Assembly (NCBI RefSeq): GCF_009914755.1
Contig: NC_060936.1
Reading direction: 5' to 3' (one strand)
Source: the human T2T-CHM13v2.0 reference genome, Homo sapiens
DNA length: 64,000 bases
The notes under the pieces are model-generated. The model was not told where the DNA came from. It made no database searches and saw only the letters and a program-made list of their open reading frames with translations. Every line of letters begins with the position of its first letter. Positions within the stretch are counted from its first letter, which is position 1. Both the position numbers and the translations under genes were made by a program. This document shows, piece by piece, positions 56,714 to 64,000 of the stretch.

Positions 56714-59700
56714 GCACTAGTTGGCCAAACTTAGGTGACTTGCCTAAACAACCAGGCAGTGGGGAAGAAATATCTTGTCCTCCTTTGATTTAATAGTAGG
56801 AACTGGGGACCTGTCTCTCTCTAGGATGCAAACAAGGGGAATTTCAGTCTAATAAGAATGGGGTTCAAATGCTGGGCAGCTCAAGACAGAAAAAAGCAAA
56901 ATAATGCTGCAATATATCGTTTGGTATTTTTTATTGGTCTGTAACTGAAAACTGTATTTTTGGGATTAAGTATACAGAGACAGCTCTCACACTGGGATGA
57001 GTTAGAAAGGCACTCTGTTACCAAATGAGCTTGTTATTCTTACGAGGCTGCATTCCATTATAAGAGATAATGTCGATTTCCTGAAAACCTATTATAATCT
57101 ATGTTTTGTTTTAGGATTGCATTTTCATCTTAGAAGAGGTTTAGTCTATGATTAAAAATCGTGCCTGTGATTTTGGCATGTTGCTGCACTCTCATGAAAA
57201 TACTGGCAAATTCTTATTGGTATACAAATACGTAAATTTACTTACATATTGTAAAAACATTACCTATAGCCACATATTTAATTTGATACATAATCAAACA
57301 TCGCAGTCAGGGAAAAAGCTTTAGAGAAACCTAAAATAAGAAGAATTGTTGACATTCTCATTTTCTTTTGTTGGTTTTCAATTAATTAATTACATAAGTG
57401 TATATGACAATTATACACATATGTTTTGCTTAGAAGCTTTTCTGCTAACTCATCTTTCAAACCCTTTCTGTGTTTGTGCTGGTTCCCTGGTTTCAGTTTA
57501 GCCTGACATCAAAGTAGTTAAAAGGACTGTTTCTCTCACCTGCTGACAGCCTCTGATTCCCCAGGCTTTTCTTCTCTAAAGTACTAAAGGAAGAACTGTT
57601 AGGAAAGAGAGAAGCATTGTGTGCTACTTTGATTACTTGCTTCTGATTCCCTGCGGCCTTTATTTTATTAAGTAGAGAAGACAGAGAAAGAAAGATTTAA
57701 TGGGTAATTCCATTGAGAACAAACGAAAAGAAGTGCCTTTGTACATTACTTGTTTTACTCTCCCATGTTTCATTTCTACCAGAAGTTTCTGGCTAGATAA
57801 TACTTGATTAAATTTGTCTGTATTTATTATTTAATTAATGAGCCAACAAGACAGGCTACCTTGTCTTAGTAACATGAAAGATCTGAAAATTTTACAGAAT
57901 GATTCAGAAGCAGAGGTTTTCTAAAACTATCATTTTTTCTATAGATCTGAAAATATTTTAAATAACCCTTTATTAAGGTTTTTGTACAGAGATTTGGGCC
58001 TAGTTCAAGATCCATCATTCACTCAATAAATATTTGTTTTGTATGCCAAACCCTGATAGGAATAAGAAATACAAAGTAAATGAACCCATTTCCTATTGTC
58101 AAAGAGATAAGAAAACATGTAAACAGGCAATTTCAATATAACCGAATAAGGGTCATGATAGGGGTTAATGTTATATTCTGTAGGAACACAAGTGAAGGCA
58201 GCCAACTCAGCCAGAGGTAAATAGAGTCTAGGGAGATTTCTGGAAGAGGTAATGCCTAAAATTATCCCAATTGCCTACCCTCCGCTAGAAATAATTTTTC
58301 CTCCAGATATCTTATGGTCCATGTTACCTGAATGTTACGTTCTCAGTGAGATGTTTTCTGACCATACTAAATACAAATGTTCCTTTCCACACCACTTCAT
58401 AAATTCATTTTTTCACTTTCTTTTTAATTTAGCATTTATTACTCAGTATCATTCCTTACATTTTATTTGTCTCTCTTTTTTAGTGTCATTTTCTCTTCTA
58501 GAATCTAAGTTCCACGAAGGCAGTGACTTTGTATTTGTTTGCAGAATGGTGCCTTGCATGTAGTGAATAGTTGTTGAATGATGAATGAGTCAATGAAAGA
58601 ATAAATGAATGAAATACTTTTTGAAATTTCCAAGTGACTCTAGCTTCTTTTACTGCAGGAATGTCTTAGATTTAAATTGTACCAGTAATGGAATTGGATT
58701 ATCTTTCCAAGTAAATTCCATTTCTATCTGTGAAGGATTTTAATTTATTTACATTCAGCTTGGTAGTTCAAGATGAATATATCCTCCTTGGATTTCCCAC
58801 ACTTATAACTCAGAAGATCTGCATTCTAGAGGACATGTATGTTTTTATTGTATTCTTGCTCTTGTTAGCTCTTTTCAAGTTAGTCGTTATATTAAGCCTC
58901 AGTGAAATAAAAGGTATGTGTAAGAGTGTATTTTATGTGTATGTATATCTTATATATATAGTACTAGTCATTTTAAAGTATCTTTATTTTCACCATCACT
59001 AATTTTATGTTGAATTTACTTCTGTGTGTGGCAAGTGTGCTCTGTTTTTTATTTCAACAATTATGAATTTTTATGTATTTATTCACTAAATAAGAACGTG
59101 TCCCCTGAAGGGCATTTGAGCAATTTTCATGAATACATGTATACTGGGAAAATTGATAAAACCAATTATGTGTTAAATTTTCCTGATTTAATTCAAACTG
59201 CAAATTCCTATTATCTTAACTAAAGGTAATTTTTTGAAACATAACTATGGCAGTAGTTGTAATTATAAAGGTCAAAAAATTTAGAGGAGAAAATTATTCT
59301 GAAATCAAGGGCCATGTCCCATGAGAATTCTTCCTTCCAACCCCTGCCCTGTAGGATATTTTCTTCAAAGTATGTATTCCATCTGCTCAGACATATGTCA
59401 GAGTAAGATAATCTGACATTTTTTCATCTGTCATATCAGTATTTCCTTAAGCAAACACTTAAGACACAAAAACCAGGACTTGCAGAAATTCAGCCCTGTC
59501 AATGGTTGTCTTTGTTCAGGGGAAAGGATGCAGTGGCTTTTATTATCTGTTTCCTTTCCTTAAATTTCCTAAATAAACAATAAAACCTTCATTTATATTA
59601 TGGTCAGTGCCACTAAAAAGTGTGTCTCTGTAAGTTAAATTACCTTTTCCATGCTTGGTAAATAGGGGAATGATGCTAGTATGAGATAGAAGTTATAGTC

Positions 59701-59729
59701 GTTCATGCATTTCTTTTCCTGGCATGCAA

Positions 59730-60650
59730 TTTTTGAACTTTTATTGATATATAATATATATTCAGATAGGAGAACAGATCACAAGAATAAATTTTGTTAG
59801 ATTTTCACAAACAGAATAATTCCATGTAAGCAACAAAGAAACAGAATATTTCCAGGCCCCCAGAAGCCCTTGTTGTGCCTCTATTTAGTCATCCTCAGCC
59901 CCTACATGATTGCTATTCAGACATCTAAAGGTTTACCTGCTTTTGAGCTTTATACAAATTGAGTAATACAATGTACTCTTTTGTGTCAGGATTTTTTCAC
60001 TCAACTTTCTGGTGATGAGTTTCATTCATTTCATTGCAAGAGGTTGTAGTTTGGTTATTTGGGTAATGTCTGGTTGGGACTATTACAAACAATGTTGCTA
60101 TAAATATGTTTGTACACAAATTTTGTTGACAATATTTATGCATTTGTGTTGGGGACGTGCTTAGGAATGAGATGAATTGTTCGTAGGGTATGCCCACGTT
60201 GGACATGAGTAGATAGTGCCAAACAATTTTCCAGAGTGGTTGCACTAATTTATATTCCTATCTGCAATTTATGAGAATGCCAGCTGTGAAAACAGTGTCG
60301 ACAATTCCAGATCTTTCAAATTTTGCCCTTTCTAGTGAATGCATAGTGGTATTGCATTGTGATTTAATTTTTTTTTCCCTGATGACAAATGAAGTTGAAC
60401 TTCTTATCCTGTGCTTAATGGACATTTGTCTTTTATTTTGTTTTATTTTAAGTTTGCCGAGATGATATCTCGCTCTATCCCAGGCTGGTCTCAAACTCCT
60501 GGGCTCAAGCAATCCTCCCGTCTCAGCCTCCCAAAGTGTTAGAATTACAGGTTTGAGCCACCACACCTGACCAAATGCTGATGCTCTTTTCTGAAATACC
60601 ATTAATATCTTTTGTCCATTAATTTTTCTATTGGATTGTTAGCATGCCAT
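59730..60650 (-). mobile_element. Old L1M 3' fragment interrupted by an Alu monomer (FLAM-like, ~60455-60572)
   Basis: Minus-strand peptide QPLWKIVWHYL resembles the ORF2 C-terminus; the Alu left-arm sequence CTCCTGGGCTCAAGCAATCCTCCC lies inside. Confidence 0.7.
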
Positions 60651-63600
60651 GTTTTGAAGTTTTGGAGAGAGACATTCTCACAATTAAAGAGAAGACCTTA
60701 CCAATATTTGAAAACCTTAACAAAAATAATAAAGATTCTTTAGTGAGCTGATGGTGAGTTAAATGATTTTAGGAATCAAAGTTGAGAAGACATTTGCCCC
60801 TGTTTAAAAAATAATTAATGTTAAGGTCTACACTCTCTCAGTTTCTACTGGCCATTCTTTGAAAGCAAATTTGGAAATGAAAGCTTGCCAGTAGAATATT
60901 ATGCAACAGGAAGCACCAGTGCCGGTATTTAAGGATCTATAGAAGATGATGCTGTGTTAATGCATTTATTAATGTTAAAATGTTCTAGTCACATTTAAGT
61001 GGTCTGACCCAACCATATGTTTCTGTGAGCTATGTTGTATAATGCAAGTATAATGTATATATTGTATAATGCTTGTGTACATATAATGTACACAAGCAGA
61101 AAGGCTTGTATTTCATTTTAAATAGATGAGTATATCCTAAATACTGGCTTAAATTTTTATCAAAATTGTAACTGGAACTTTGGTTTAAAGTACTTTACAA
61201 CTTACTAAAATTTAGGTTAAATTTTGAGAGGACTTAATATAAAGAAGATAAGCACTAGACAAATTTTAATAGAAAGTATAGGGAATTATTAAATGATGAA
61301 ACAACAGTTTAGTATTTCCTAGTTTCCCCATTTATTCACAATTATAAGTGTCTAAAGATTAGTTCATACTCAATCCAAAAGAGCAACAATACAACCAATC
61401 CCTTGAATATTCTCAGACAGATCTTTAGAAATTATATTGTCCATGAAATCAAGACCACTGTTGGAAGTATAAACTTACTTCTTTTCACTCCCCTCCATAC
61501 CAGAAACTATTTTACCACTCTTTGAAGTCCAGAGCACTTTGCTTACACCTTCTCCTAATGTACTGGTTCATTATTGCTTTTTTAATCCAGTTATTAGGGT
61601 ACCTACATGATCTTCCTACCAGAGAAAAAGCTCCTTGAGATAAGGGTAATATTTTATTCAGTTTTTCACCTACACAGTAGCTAATGTAGGCCTCATAGTA
61701 CATGGAGTCATATTATGTAGTGAATTAGTTTGTGAATAAACATTTAATAATTCATTTATAAGAAAGTAAAATCTAATCATTATCTAAGATAAATGATTAT
61801 TTCCAAAAGTATCACTTGCCATCACATTGTGATTTTTGTTTTTATATATTAGGAATTTTTATTTTTAAACAGGGTGAGAATCTTTCTCATTTTAGTTCAT
61901 TTTCTGACTTTGAAGGTCTGTGTGCTGTCTCATTTAAAGCCCTGATTAAAACATTTAACTTACTTTGCCATTTTAGAAATTGGAAATCTGGTCCATGGCT
62001 TTTATTCTTACATTTGCTTAATGCATTTATCATTCACTGATAGGTTCTTACTAGATTTGAATTATCTTCAGGGTGGCTAAACCCTGGTCTTTTAGAAAGT
62101 TATCTGAAAATCTGTAGGCCATCTGCTTTGAATTTATTTTCTTGGACTAGAATGATCATGGTGTGAAATTTATTTATTGAAAACATGCTTGTGGAACACA
62201 TAATATATATTTGACACTAGTAGAGACACCATGGGTTTCAGTAGCGCATAAAATAATCTTTAAGAAAATTGCATTCTAGTTGGGAATATGTACTATGAAT
62301 AAAAAGATAATACAATATAAATTAGGTATAAGTGAAGAACAATAAAAGGCTAGAGAGGGACTTCGCCTGCCATTTGAGATAGGCTTGTCAGGGAAAGTAC
62401 TTGTCACTTATGAAATGACATTTGAGCATAGACTGAAATAAAGGGTGGGATAGGAACTATGTGAATATTTGAGTGAAAATTGTATTAGGGCTCTGAAACA
62501 AGAGTAGATTCAGACCATTGGAAAAGCCATGAGGACTCAGAGCTCATGAGAAGAGAATGGTAGAAAGTGAGGTTAGGTGAGTATCCAGGAGTCAGATCAT
62601 ATAGAACCTTGCAGGCCATGGTCAAGACTGTATCTAATTCCAAAGATGATGGGAAGCTCCATATTGTCAAAGAAATCACTTTGGCATCTCTGAAGATGAA
62701 GAGACTGTAGTAGATAACATTGGAAACAAGGAGATGACAAATGAATCGGCACCCCATAACATAAATCCCCTTAGAACAGCAGTATTTACTTACATGTGGG
62801 AAATTAAGGGATAGGATAGATACAGTTTGTGCCGTGAGATTCTGGAAGCTATTCTGCGTATGTTTCTGGTCTTGGATCCCTGGCTACATCCAGTGTGTTT
62901 GAAAGAAGTCTGATTGAACCAATTATGCAGCAGTTACCTGTAAATGCCCTGCTTCCTCCCCATGTTTTCAGGTCTTTTGTGAGCATTCTAAGAAATTGTT
63001 TCTGTATAATTTTCAAGTAGAATTCTGGGAAAAGAAGATTATCTGTTGTAAGTATTTTAGTTCTATTTTTTTCACATACACACATACACTTTAAGGATGA
63101 TTTTCATAATTAAACATTTACTTAATAACTGATACACTATCCCCCCCTCCACTCAAATTTTTAAATGTTAGGTCAAAGGCTAAGCTGCTAAAATAAGGAC
63201 GTGCAGTAAAATAGTGGCTTAATTTTTTAAATAATGCATTTGTCTTTTATAATAATCTAAAGATTATGAGGTTTAGCTTGGCATGACCCAAGATTATGAA
63301 GTCTTATTATACCTTCATCTTATAGCTCATTGCCTTCATCTGCATCGCTGAAGCTGTGGCAAAGATATGTATGTCCCAACTCTTGGGAAGGTGGAGGAGG
63401 ATATAGAGGAATGGACATGCTATTTTAATATCCACACAGAGAAATGTCATATATGCTTTCTACACACATCCCATTTGGCCATCAGCTGCTAGGAAGGCTG
63501 GAGAAAGTAGTGTAGGTGGAGGCATCTTGATGGGGAGTTAGGAGTTCCTGCCACAAGTACTCTTTCATTTCACAGGCAAAATAAATATCAGATCTTACAT

Positions 63601-63951
63601 GTAAATAATTGTAACCTGTTAATGTCAATAAATTGTAAGTCCAGGGAAATAAATAATACCTGAAATTGAAGTCTCATAGGTGGCATGCTAGAGATTAAGA
63701 ACAAAGGCTTCAGTGAGGTATTCCTCAGACACATACTGAATGCTTATTGTGTATTATTTATTGATTTAGGCAGTGGGGCCATAAAGATGAACTAAAACAT
63801 GATTCCTGAATTTCAGGAATTTATAGTTTGCCCAGTGAGAAATACAAAAAAGCTACTGAATGGTAGTGTGATAATGTAACAACAAAGCTTTGTGCATTTG
63901 TAGCATGGAGAAAGGACCAACCTGGCCACAGCAGTTCAGAGAAGGCTTCAC

Positions 63952-64000
63952 TATTGGGGGAACCCACCCCCGATATTTCGTAGGTTCTTTCTATTTTCCC
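63952..64000 (-). mobile_element. Start of a MER11-type (HERV-K-related) LTR, cut off by the window end
   Basis: TATTGGGGGAACCCACCCCCGATATTTCGTAGGTTCTTTCTATTTTCCC. Confidence 0.7.

Noticed and set aside
56290-56793. 167-aa ORF
   Set aside because: Lies almost wholly inside a solo LTR, starts at a non-ATG codon and shows no domain similarity.

Overview
Primate (most likely human) genomic DNA, not microbial. It holds the 5' end of ACSS3 (mitochondrial short-chain acyl-CoA synthetase 3) on the + strand: a CpG-rich promoter (~22.8-23.45 kb), coding exon 1 (23087-23397), a ~31 kb intron 1 and coding exon 2 (54532-54676). The rest is interspersed repeats (L1, Alu, THE1, MLT, MER1, MER2, MER20, MER58, MER82-like, LTRs) and microsatellites. 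The most interesting structure lies upstream: two near-full-length L1PA elements sit head-to-head (1287-7334 minus, 9566-15699 plus) around a 2.2 kb spacer. Their target-site duplications are swapped, which indicates that the spacer was inverted by recombination between them. They also share non-consensus ORF2 changes, including the same nonsense codon, which points to gene conversion. The right-hand L1 carries two mosaic insertions, parts of which match sequence at 18.4-19.2 kb, consistent with template-switch repair. ACSS3 exon 1 ends in a tandem GTG-GTG donor that could remove the conserved Trp104. Repeat subfamily names come from remembered consensus sequences, not from a search.
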